From contig CBEUVQ010000005.1 of the NCBI GenBank assembly GCA_965546615.1, forward strand, positions 9,272 to 73,271: a stretch of 64,000 bases of DNA. Reading direction: 5' to 3'. This stretch comes from an uncultured Peptococcaceae bacterium. GTDB lineage: Bacteria > Bacillota > Desulfotomaculia > Desulfotomaculales > Desulfohalotomaculaceae. The notes beneath the pieces are model-generated. The model was not told where the DNA came from. It made no database searches and worked only from the letters and a program-made list of their open reading frames with translations. Made by a program: the position numbers and the translations under genes. This document shows positions 45,340-53,333 of this stretch, piece after piece (position 1 is the stretch's first letter; every line of letters starts with the position of its first letter).

Positions 45340-47977
45340 TAGATTGTTCTCCTTTCAACATCTTATACATATATTGTTCCACAAATTCAAGTTCTTCTTC
45401 CCTGGTTTTTAACGCACCGTCTAAGCGGGCCTGCCATACAGCATCCAACGCTTTTCGGTACAGCGGGCCGGGTTTAAAGCCCATCGCTTTTAGGTCTTTA
45501 CCGGTAACAAGCGGTTTATTGTTCCGTACCGTTTCCATTACCCGGCGAAACCTTTGTATAGCCAGCTTATCCTGCATAATCGCCAAAAACATCGGATAAG
45601 CTTCCCGCGGGATCATCTGCATAATCATCGCCTGCTGAGAAAGCTTTTCTGTTTCCGGATTAGAAAGTTTTTTCAGCGCCTGCCGCCAGTGGGTAATGGC
45701 AGTAATCACTTTCTCAGTTTGCCTCTTACCGATGACAAAACGTTCGCAAAGCCGCTGCGCTGTTTCCACATCACTCCAATGCAGCAGCGCGATAAAATAC
45801 GGAAGCCAGCTTTCCGACGGTTCCGCCCAGCCCCAATAGCGCAGAATCATTAATGCCTGTGGAATTTCTTCCACCACCGGCTGTACTTCCCAATAAGTGA
45901 TTTCCGGAAAAATCTGATCCCACAAACCCAACTCCGCCAGGCGGTCTAAGATATCTGCCGGTTCCGGCTCATTTAAAATTACCTTTAATTCCGACCAAAC
46001 CCGTTCACGCGCTACCTTTTTCAGCAATCCTTCACGCACTGCCTCATGCAGCAGCCGCAGCGTTTGGGGATCCATGTGCATTTGATAACGCTGCTCAAAA
46101 CGCACCGCACGCAGAATTCTGGTGGGGTCTTCAACAAAGCTCAAATTATGCAGCACACGCACAATACCGGCGTATAAATCATCGCGTCCGCCAAAATAGT
46201 CAACCAACTCGCCGAAAGAACCGGGATTTAGCGAAATAGCCATCGCGTTAATGGTGAAATCGCGCCGATATAAATCATGACGCAGCGATGATGTTTCTAC
46301 GGTGGGCATTGCAGCGGGATACTCATAAAATTCCACCCTGGCGGTAGCTAAATCAATCCAAGTACCGTCTTTTAAAAAAACTTCGGCAGTCCCGAATTTT
46401 TCAAATGTACGCACCCTGGCATTTAACTCTTCAGCCAATGCCTTGGCCAAAACAATAGCATCACCTTCAACGATAAAATCGATATCTGTATTTTTAACAT
46501 TGAGCATTAAATCACGCACAATTCCGCCGCCGACATAAACATTATAATTGCACTGCTTAGCCAGCTTACCCACCAAATGCAGTAAGTTCATAACGTTATC
46601 AGGCAGAACGCGTTTCATCATATTGGCAAAGCGCACCTTTTGATTGCTGCTCTGATTGTATGTAGTTTGAAAACGGCTTTGAAAATCATTATGCAGCGTA
46701 CGCAGCATATCACTCCGCGAAACAATGCCCACTACCCGGCCGTCCTGCACAACGGGCAGGCGGCCAATGTCAAACTCAATCATCATTTCCTGCACTTGAG
46801 AAATGGGAGTATCAGGCTTAACGGTATGCACATTTACATTCATATATGCCTTCACCGGCGCATGGCCTAAGCCGTGGTGCATTGCTTTCTCCACATCACG
46901 CCGCGAAATAACCCCCACCATTTCCAAGCCGCGTACTACCGGCAGACCGGTATGGCCATAGCGCAGCATCACACTGTTTGCTTCCTCAATTTTCGTATCG
47001 GGGTAAACGGTTTTTACCGGGTAAGACATAATATCTTTGGCGGTCATTTTCGGGCGAATTTGCACTGACATAATGTGCAGCAGCTGTTCTTTTAATTCTA
47101 AAAGTTCAACCCCTTTTACACTTGCCGAAGCTGCTGCAATATGTCCGCCGCCGCCAAAATGTCCCATGATTTCCCGACAGTTCACTTCAGCAACCGAGCT
47201 GCGGGAAACGATGTGCACCCGGTCGTCCATATGCACAATGACAAAAACAGCATCTACCTGCTCTATTTCGGACAGCTTATGAGCAAGCAGCGCCAAACCG
47301 TCAATAAATTCTTCTTCGCTGGCATGAGCAATCAGCACTTTCACGCCGTTAAAAGTGTAATGTTCCACCGACATCAGCAGGTTCTTAAACAGCTCCTGCT
47401 GGTCATCGCTTAGTGGACGGTTCAAGTACTCGGCAATAACACTTAAATTGGCACCCTTATTCAGCAGGTAAGCTACTGCTTCTACATCCCGAGGTGTGGT
47501 GCTGGAGAATACCATGCAACCGGTATCGTCGTAAATGCCCAACGCCAATATTGTAGCCTCCAGCGGGCTTAACGGGATATTTTGCGCTTGAATGCGTTCA
47601 ACTAACAATGTGGTTGCCGCACCAACCGTTTCAATTACCAAGATGCGGTGGTTTAAGCAGCACTCAGTAGCCGGATGATGATCAAAAATATCAACGATGA
47701 CTTTCGGATTGTCCATCAATTTAGCCAGCTTACCGATGCGCTTCGGATTGTGGTTATCAACAATAATTAAGCGCTTTACTTTATTTAGATCTACCAATTT
47801 TAACGGCTTAATCTTCAGCATGTCTTTGTGCAGTGCTAAAAACTCTTCTACATTCCGCGATATTTTTCCCGGAAAAACGATATTCGCATCAGGATAAAGT
47901 TTTTGGGCAGCAACCATAGCAGCCAACCCGTCAAAATCAGTGTTGGTATGCGTGGTAATAATATCCATACCGTACAA
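45329..47977 (-). CDS. DHH/DHHA1 phosphoesterase - tandem CBS - poly(A) polymerase/CCA-adding nucleotidyltransferase fusion protein
   Basis: The DHH motif (DIFDHH), the DHHA1 GGGGH motif, two CBS domains, and the nucleotidyltransferase head motif GGGIVRDLML..DIDF occur in that order. 882 aa. Confidence 0.8.
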   Translation of the reverse strand: MYGMDIITTHTNTDFDGLAAMVAAQKLYPDANIVFPGKISRNVEEFLALHKDMLKIKPLKLVDLNKVKRLIIVDNHNPKRIGKLAKLMDNPKVIVDIFDHHPATECCLNHRILVIETVGAATTLLVERIQAQNIPLSPLEATILALGIYDDTGCMVFSSTTPRDVEAVAYLLNKGANLSVIAEYLNRPLSDDQQELFKNLLMSVEHYTFNGVKVLIAHASEEEFIDGLALLAHKLSEIEQVDAVFVIVHMDDRVHIVSRSSVAEVNCREIMGHFGGGGHIAAASASVKGVELLELKEQLLHIMSVQIRPKMTAKDIMSYPVKTVYPDTKIEEANSVMLRYGHTGLPVVRGLEMVGVISRRDVEKAMHHGLGHAPVKAYMNVNVHTVKPDTPISQVQEMMIEFDIGRLPVVQDGRVVGIVSRSDMLRTLHNDFQSRFQTTYNQSSNQKVRFANMMKRVLPDNVMNLLHLVGKLAKQCNYNVYVGGGIVRDLMLNVKNTDIDFIVEGDAIVLAKALAEELNARVRTFEKFGTAEVFLKDGTWIDLATARVEFYEYPAAMPTVETSSLRHDLYRRDFTINAMAISLNPGSFGELVDYFGGRDDLYAGIVRVLHNLSFVEDPTRILRAVRFEQRYQMHMDPQTLRLLHEAVREGLLKKVARERVWSELKVILNEPEPADILDRLAELGLWDQIFPEITYWEVQPVVEEIPQALMILRYWGWAEPSESWLPYFIALLHWSDVETAQRLCERFVIGKRQTEKVITAITHWRQALKKLSNPETEKLSQQAMIMQMIPREAYPMFLAIMQDKLAIQRFRRVMETVRNNKPLVTGKDLKAMGFKPGPLYRKALDAVWQARLDGALKTREEELEFVEQYMYKMLKGEQSSVR

Positions 47978-48099
47978 CTCCTAAATAATATCTACAATGC
48001 CTTAAATTATAACATAAGAATTGGTAGATATTAAGAATTTGGCAAAAAACTGATTAGTAAAATGCTAAAAAGTCAAATGCCTTTATCTCACACAAAACT

Positions 48100-48128
48100 A
48101 AAAAAAGAAAGCACCCGTACGGGTGCTG
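48100..48128 (-). terminator. intrinsic terminator after lysA
   Basis: GCACCCG-TA-CGGGTGC is followed by TTTCTTTTTTT on the minus strand. Confidence 0.8.
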
Positions 48129-48137
48129 CAAGGAAGC

Positions 48138-49478
48138 TTATCTTAAAGTTGCAACCTTCAATATTTTGTTTTTCAGCTTGTCGGGAATGATATCGTTGCG
48201 AATTAGGTCCGCATAACTTTCCCGTCTTAAGATTAAATCCGCTTCACCGTCATTTACCAATACCATCGCGGGACGAGGTAAGCGGTTATAATTCATCGAC
48301 ATAGTATAATTATATGCTCCGGTGCAGCTTACTGCCAAAATATCTCCGGATTTGACAGCCGGCAGCGGTAAATCCCATATTAACATATCGCCTGACTCGC
48401 AGCACTTCCCGGCTATAGAAACAACTTCTTTGGTCTGTTCGTTCATCCGATTGGCCAGGCAAGCCTCATATTTTGCTTGATACAATGCGGGGCGGGGATT
48501 GTCGCCCATGCTGCCGTCAACAGCTGCATACTTGCGAATGCCGGGGATATCTTTGACGGCACCGATAGTGTATAATGTGGTTCCTGCCGGGCCGGCAATT
48601 GACCGCCCAGGCTCAACCAATACCTTAGGCATCGGAATATTATGCAGTTCCGCCTGCTTTTTTACTTCTTTCATCACAATATCGGCATATTCTTGAATTG
48701 GGCGTGGTTGGTCGCCTTCGGTATAGTAAATACCCATACCGCCGCCCAAATCCAGTTCTTCAGCTTCAAAGCCGGTTTCATCGCGTACCTGGCACAAAAA
48801 TTCCATCATTACTTTTGCCGCATGCGCGTAGGACTCTAACTCAAAGATTTGTGAACCGATGTGGCAGTGGAATCCGCAAAGGTTGATGTTTTCCAGCTCT
48901 AACGCGCGGCGCACACCTTCCATTGCCTGACCGTTTTCCACCACTAAACCGAACTTAGAATCAATGTGGCCGGTTTTAATGTACTCGTGCGTATGAGCAT
49001 CAACGCCGGGGGTTAATCGAAGCAGCACTTTGACAGCGGTACGCATTTCTCCTGCTAATTTGTTCAGCAGTTCTAATTCATACAAGTTATCAACTATAAT
49101 CCGCCCCACTTTGTACTCCAACGCCAAGCGAAGCTCTTCCGCTGATTTGTTGTTGCCGTGAAAATACACCCTGTTCATCGGAAAGTTCGCTTGAATAGCG
49201 GTATAAAGCTCCCCACCGGACACTACATCTAAACTCAAGCCTTCTTCATCCACTATGCGACAAATTGCTAATGTAAGAAGAGTTTTCCCTGCATATAAAA
49301 CCTCAGCATCATACTGTTCGGTAAAAGCCTGATAATAGACTCGACAGTTCTCTCTAAAATGCTTTTCATCCATCACATATAATGGTGTACCAAATTCCCG
49401 CACAAGCTCTACAGTGTCACAGCCACCGATTTCTAAATGCCCTTTATCATTTACTTGCATTGTACCGTGCAACTTCAT
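48138..49478 (-). CDS. lysA: diaminopimelate decarboxylase
   Basis: 446-aa PLP decarboxylase with motifs YAGKT, HIGSQ, GGGMG and CESGD. A GAGGAGG SD precedes the start. Confidence 0.95.
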   Translation of the reverse strand: MKLHGTMQVNDKGHLEIGGCDTVELVREFGTPLYVMDEKHFRENCRVYYQAFTEQYDAEVLYAGKTLLTLAICRIVDEEGLSLDVVSGGELYTAIQANFPMNRVYFHGNNKSAEELRLALEYKVGRIIVDNLYELELLNKLAGEMRTAVKVLLRLTPGVDAHTHEYIKTGHIDSKFGLVVENGQAMEGVRRALELENINLCGFHCHIGSQIFELESYAHAAKVMMEFLCQVRDETGFEAEELDLGGGMGIYYTEGDQPRPIQEYADIVMKEVKKQAELHNIPMPKVLVEPGRSIAGPAGTTLYTIGAVKDIPGIRKYAAVDGSMGDNPRPALYQAKYEACLANRMNEQTKEVVSIAGKCCESGDMLIWDLPLPAVKSGDILAVSCTGAYNYTMSMNYNRLPRPAMVLVNDGEADLILRRESYADLIRNDIIPDKLKNKILKVATLR

Positions 49479-49571
49479 CTGTTAAAACCTCCTCAATAAA
49501 ATTGTACGCAAACCTGCGGTCAAGTGGTGCATATGGAAAACGTATATAACAAATGAAAATAATGGCAAAAA

Positions 49572-49610
49572 ACAAAAAAACGAACCAACAGGTACTCCAT
49601 TGGATCGTTT
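49572..49610 (-). terminator. expression-platform terminator of the lysine riboswitch
   Basis: The minus strand reads AACGATCCAATGG-AGTA-CCTGTTGGTTCGTT followed by TTTTTTTG. Confidence 0.7.
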
Positions 49611-49664
49611 AATGATCATAGATTACCTCCTTACCAGTGAGATAGCACTCCACACAGTTTTTTA

Positions 49665-49815
49665 CTGCATGACAGTCCGGCACTTATTCAATGCCGACCC
49701 AGCACGCCAGGTTACGGTATAACTGACGCACTTCGGCGAACAACCCTTTCTTCTCGGATCATCAAACCGCTTCTCCCCGAAAATAATCTTGTCTGTTCGC
49801 GCCTCTACCACACCT
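49665..49815 (-). promoter_or_regulatory. lysine riboswitch (L-box) aptamer
   Basis: The minus strand reads GGTAGAGGCGCGAAC...GGGGAG...GAAAGGGTTGTTCGCCGAAG...CTGGGTCGGCATTGAATAAGTGCCGGACTGTCA. This matches the conserved L-box blocks of the B. subtilis lysC leader (AGAGGTGCGAAC, GTCGCCGAAG, CATTGAATAA, GGCTGTCA). It lies upstream of lysA. Confidence 0.88.
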
Positions 49816-50050
49816 CTGGTGAAGAGATGAGGTAATAAATATTCAGTTCACGATTTACAAAATACTAACACAGCGGCATTATTTTAGTCAAGCAGGTTAA
49901 CAGAAGTATTAAGAATACAACGGCTTGAATGTCAGCTGTATTGCCGAATAAGTTTAATCAATCTGTTAATATATTGATACGTTCCCTCTGATACTTAACT
50001 AAATACACTCCGTTTTTTTATACCCCGGGACAGACCTGGGGTATCTTTCT

Positions 50051-51031
50051 CTAGCTAATCTTAGCCTGTTTGCGCGCTAACGCGTTGGACCATTTGCCGC
50101 AGCGGTCACCCCAGCGGGCAACGGTTTCGCCTTCTTGATTAATTTCAATTACTTCACACATGTTCGGACAGCCGTCGCACTCGAAACTCCCGGCATGGAA
50201 AGACATATCAGCCACACTAAATCCTTTAAACCGGGTGGTGCTGCCTTTGCGTACCGCCTCTTTTGCCAACAAAGCGGCACCAACCGCACCCATTACATCG
50301 TAATGATTCGGAATATGCACCTCGACACCAAGAGCATCTTCAAATGCCTTGCGCATACCGATATTAGCCGCAACACCACCTTGAAACACCACCGGTCCAA
50401 GAATTTCTTTGCCCTTGCCGACATTGTTTAAATAATTGCGTACCAGCGCTTCACATAAACCGGCTACTATATCAGGCAGATCATAGCCCATTTGCTGTTT
50501 ATGAATCATATCTGATTCCGCAAAAACCGCACATCTCCCGGCAATGCGCACCGGCGCTTTACTTTTTAAAGCCAGTCGACCGAACTCTTCAATAGGAATA
50601 TTCAACCTACCGGCCTGCTGATCTAAAAAAGAACCTGTTCCGGCAGCACATACTGTGTTCATGGCAAAGTCGGTAACGACACCGTTGCGAAGAATGATTA
50701 TCTTTGAATCCTGGCCGCCGATTTCCAATACTGTTTTCACGCCGGGAAACTGCTGCGAAGCAGCAACTGCATGGGCGGTAATTTCATTTTTAATAACGTC
50801 CGCACCTACCATTACCGCACTCAAGTGCCTGGCGCTGCCGGTTGTACCCACACCTTTAACTTTAGTGCTGGCCGGAAGGGATGCAGCCAATTTTTTCAAA
50901 CCCTGCTGCACTGCTGTAATAGGCTGACCTTGAGTGCGCAGGTAAATACTTTCCAATACTTCGTTATTTTCATCTATATAGACAATATTTGTGCTTACCG
51001 ATCCAACATCAATTCCCAGGTACCCAAACAC
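50051..51031 (-). CDS. acyl-CoA dehydratase activase-type ATPase (BadF/BadG/BcrA/BcrD family)
   Basis: It has an ASKHA-fold N-terminus (LGIDVGSVSTN), the cluster-ligand contexts CAAGTGSF and GRCAVFAESD, and a Cys-rich C-terminal tail FECDGCPNMCEV. Confidence 0.85.
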   Translation of the reverse strand: MFGYLGIDVGSVSTNIVYIDENNEVLESIYLRTQGQPITAVQQGLKKLAASLPASTKVKGVGTTGSARHLSAVMVGADVIKNEITAHAVAASQQFPGVKTVLEIGGQDSKIIILRNGVVTDFAMNTVCAAGTGSFLDQQAGRLNIPIEEFGRLALKSKAPVRIAGRCAVFAESDMIHKQQMGYDLPDIVAGLCEALVRNYLNNVGKGKEILGPVVFQGGVAANIGMRKAFEDALGVEVHIPNHYDVMGAVGAALLAKEAVRKGSTTRFKGFSVADMSFHAGSFECDGCPNMCEVIEINQEGETVARWGDRCGKWSNALARKQAKIS

Positions 51032-51053
51032 TGCTTAATACCTCCCTGAATAA

Positions 51054-52169
51054 TTAAACCGTTAAATTCTCAGCTGTATCAAATGATCTGTCGCGCCTCT
51101 TTCTTCTAATTAAATCCACAAATGCCTCCAAGCGGGTAATCATACCGGCTTCACCGGAATGCTCATCTACAATCAGCGTCATTACCGGCATGTCTGCTGC
51201 CGCTCCCACTTTGGGCAAAATGCTTTCCGCCACAATTTCCGGCATACAGGTAAACGGAAACACCTGCACAGCTCCGTCAAACCCCCGGCGGGCATATACC
51301 GGTACACTGCCAACAGTTTCCAATCCATGACCGCCGACAAAGTGATTTAAAAAAGGTGCGGCATTTTGACAGTATTCTTTACTGCTGCGAATGCCTTTTA
51401 ACAAGCCCATAAACAGGTGATCATTGATCCATTCGCTTAAATAAATGGAACGATCAACTTCCACCCCCAGCCGTGCTAAATGACGTTCAATGTTAAGGTT
51501 GGCAAATGGTTCCAACAGTGTGAAAATTTCTCCGATCAAAGCCACTTTTATTACCGAACGATTTGCATCAATTTTTACACTGTTCATAATTTCTTGGCCT
51601 TCTGCCAACGCAAGTTTTAATTCCCGAATGTTATTAGCCTGATCTATTTTTTTCAGTGCTTTCTTTAATGCCCGATCGGTTTCACCCAAAATTATTTCCC
51701 GCGGTCGAATTTTAAAAGCCAGCTGTTCAACATCATCAACCGCCCTGCTTTTTAAGTAACCGAAGCGAATGGCTTGAATTACCTGCCACCAAGACTTTTT
51801 ACCGGTAATTTGCCTTATCCTTGACGTTAATTCCATGATGTGCTTTTCCGGCGGTTCTAACACAACAATGTTATAATCACATCCTAAATCTTTTAAAATG
51901 GCATATTCTACCTGAGCATAATATCCGAAGCGGCAGGGACCGCACCCACCTGCCATCATAATTGTGTCAGCGCCCAATTCATATGCTTCAATTAAATTAC
52001 CCAAGTTTAGTTTCAACGGCATACAGGCAAATTCAGGGCCGTATTTAGTGCCCAATGTCAAAGTACGTTTGCTGGAAGGAGGCGGCAGGATAACTTCAAT
52101 TCCTAAATACTCAAGCATCCCTTTGACACAAATGCACAGGTTACCCATATGCGGAATGGTAACTTTCAT
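51054..52169 (-). CDS. acyl-CoA dehydratase activase-related protein (DUF2229 / 2-hydroxyacyl-CoA dehydratase-like)
   Basis: 371 aa with GGCGPCRFGYY and the C-terminal motif IVDEHSGEAGMITRLEAF, which it shares with the upstream paralogue. Confidence 0.72.
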   Translation of the reverse strand: MKVTIPHMGNLCICVKGMLEYLGIEVILPPPSSKRTLTLGTKYGPEFACMPLKLNLGNLIEAYELGADTIMMAGGCGPCRFGYYAQVEYAILKDLGCDYNIVVLEPPEKHIMELTSRIRQITGKKSWWQVIQAIRFGYLKSRAVDDVEQLAFKIRPREIILGETDRALKKALKKIDQANNIRELKLALAEGQEIMNSVKIDANRSVIKVALIGEIFTLLEPFANLNIERHLARLGVEVDRSIYLSEWINDHLFMGLLKGIRSSKEYCQNAAPFLNHFVGGHGLETVGSVPVYARRGFDGAVQVFPFTCMPEIVAESILPKVGAAADMPVMTLIVDEHSGEAGMITRLEAFVDLIRRKRRDRSFDTAENLTV

Positions 52170-52172
52170 TGC

Positions 52173-53180
52173 TTATGCCCCGCTTCCTAAAGCTGATGTT
52201 TCTTTAGATTTGTTCCAGCGCACCATATCCAGAAATGCTTCCAATCTGGTAATAATCCCCGCCTCCCCGGTGTGCTCGTCGATGGTCAGGTTCAAAAAAG
52301 GCAGCTTTCCGGTATGCCGGTTGATGCGTTCAATCAGTTCACCGGTCATTGAATCCGGGCCGCAGGCAAAAGCAGACAAATGAATAATGCCATCGATATC
52401 ATCGGCGGCAGTATAATAATATCCGGCACCAATCATGCGCTGCCCCAATGTCCAAAACAACCTTTTAGGCAGTTTTTTAGTTTCTTCACTCAATACATCT
52501 TCAGACAAATGATCCGGTGTAACAACTTTAACCCCCATGCCATTCAGTCTTTTAATTAAATTCATGCTGATATAAGGATCATAAATATTGTAAGGATGAC
52601 CGATAACTGCAATCTTTAAATTCTCTGCTTTTTCATTTGTCTGATGCTTTTTACCGCGATACATAACAGCAAATGCTTCGTCAGGAAGCAGCCCTTCTAA
52701 CAGCATTTGGTTGTATTTGTGCAGCGCTTTATGAGCGTTGTGCTGCGCCTGCCGGATTTTAAAATGGTTATTGGTAAACAACCGACCGACAGTTTTATAA
52801 GCGGTTTTTAAATTCTGTGAACGGATGCGCATATTTACCGTCACATCAATAATTGACGGCAGCCCCTCAATATTTTGCTTCACCATATCCGGAAATCCTA
52901 AAAATTTGGGGCAAATATATTCTCTTTTAGCTACACTGACTAACCGAGGTAAAAAGATATAATCTACACCTTTAGCAGCTAAGTTGATTATATGCCCAAA
53001 AGCGAGTTTCACCGGCAGACAGGCTTCGTCTACAGAATGTTTAACACCATCATTGACAATGGCTTTGTTGGTGTAATCAGATACTACTACTTCACAGCCC
53101 AATGCTTCCAAAAATTCCTTCCACAGTGGGTAATAGTAGTAATAAAGCAATGCCCTGGGTATACCCACCTTTACTGACAT
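52173..53180 (-). CDS. acyl-CoA dehydratase activase-related protein (DUF2229-like)
   Basis: 335 aa with GIPRALLYYYYYPLW, ACGPDS and the C-terminal motif TIDEHTGEAGIITRLEAF. An AAGGAGGAA SD precedes the start. Confidence 0.72.
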   Translation of the reverse strand: MSVKVGIPRALLYYYYYPLWKEFLEALGCEVVVSDYTNKAIVNDGVKHSVDEACLPVKLAFGHIINLAAKGVDYIFLPRLVSVAKREYICPKFLGFPDMVKQNIEGLPSIIDVTVNMRIRSQNLKTAYKTVGRLFTNNHFKIRQAQHNAHKALHKYNQMLLEGLLPDEAFAVMYRGKKHQTNEKAENLKIAVIGHPYNIYDPYISMNLIKRLNGMGVKVVTPDHLSEDVLSEETKKLPKRLFWTLGQRMIGAGYYYTAADDIDGIIHLSAFACGPDSMTGELIERINRHTGKLPFLNLTIDEHTGEAGIITRLEAFLDMVRWNKSKETSALGSGA

Positions 53181-53209
53181 AAAATTCCTCCTTCGAAAAC
53201 ATCTTTTTT

Positions 53210-53239
53210 TAGTATGAACAGCTTTAGGTAAACTAATAC
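53210..53239 (-). promoter_or_regulatory. forespore (sigma-G type) promoter candidate for the activase-like trio
   Basis: The minus strand reads GTATT-N18-CATACTA. The -10 fits the sigma-G CATnnTA pattern. It has the same architecture as the promoter candidate at 55717-55746. Confidence 0.35.
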
Positions 53240-53278
53240 ATCAACAGACCGAAAGTGCGTTTTCTGTGTCGGGTTGTT

Positions 53279-53317
53279 AAAAAAAACTGCATAACAAACC
53301 ATTAGTTCGTTATGCAG
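53279..53317 (-). terminator. intrinsic terminator after spoVAF
   Basis: CTGCATAAC-loop-GTTATGCAG is followed by TTTTTTTT on the minus strand. Confidence 0.8.
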
Positions 53318-53333
53318 CAGCTCCGCTGAAAAA

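Noticed and set aside
50020-50044. The GC-rich hairpin ATACCCCGGG-ACAGA-CCTGGGGTAT as the canonical terminator of the activase trio.
   Set aside because: On the minus strand it is followed by an A-run, not a U-tract; the T-run precedes it on the plus strand. It may pause or stabilise transcripts, but it is not annotated as an intrinsic terminator.
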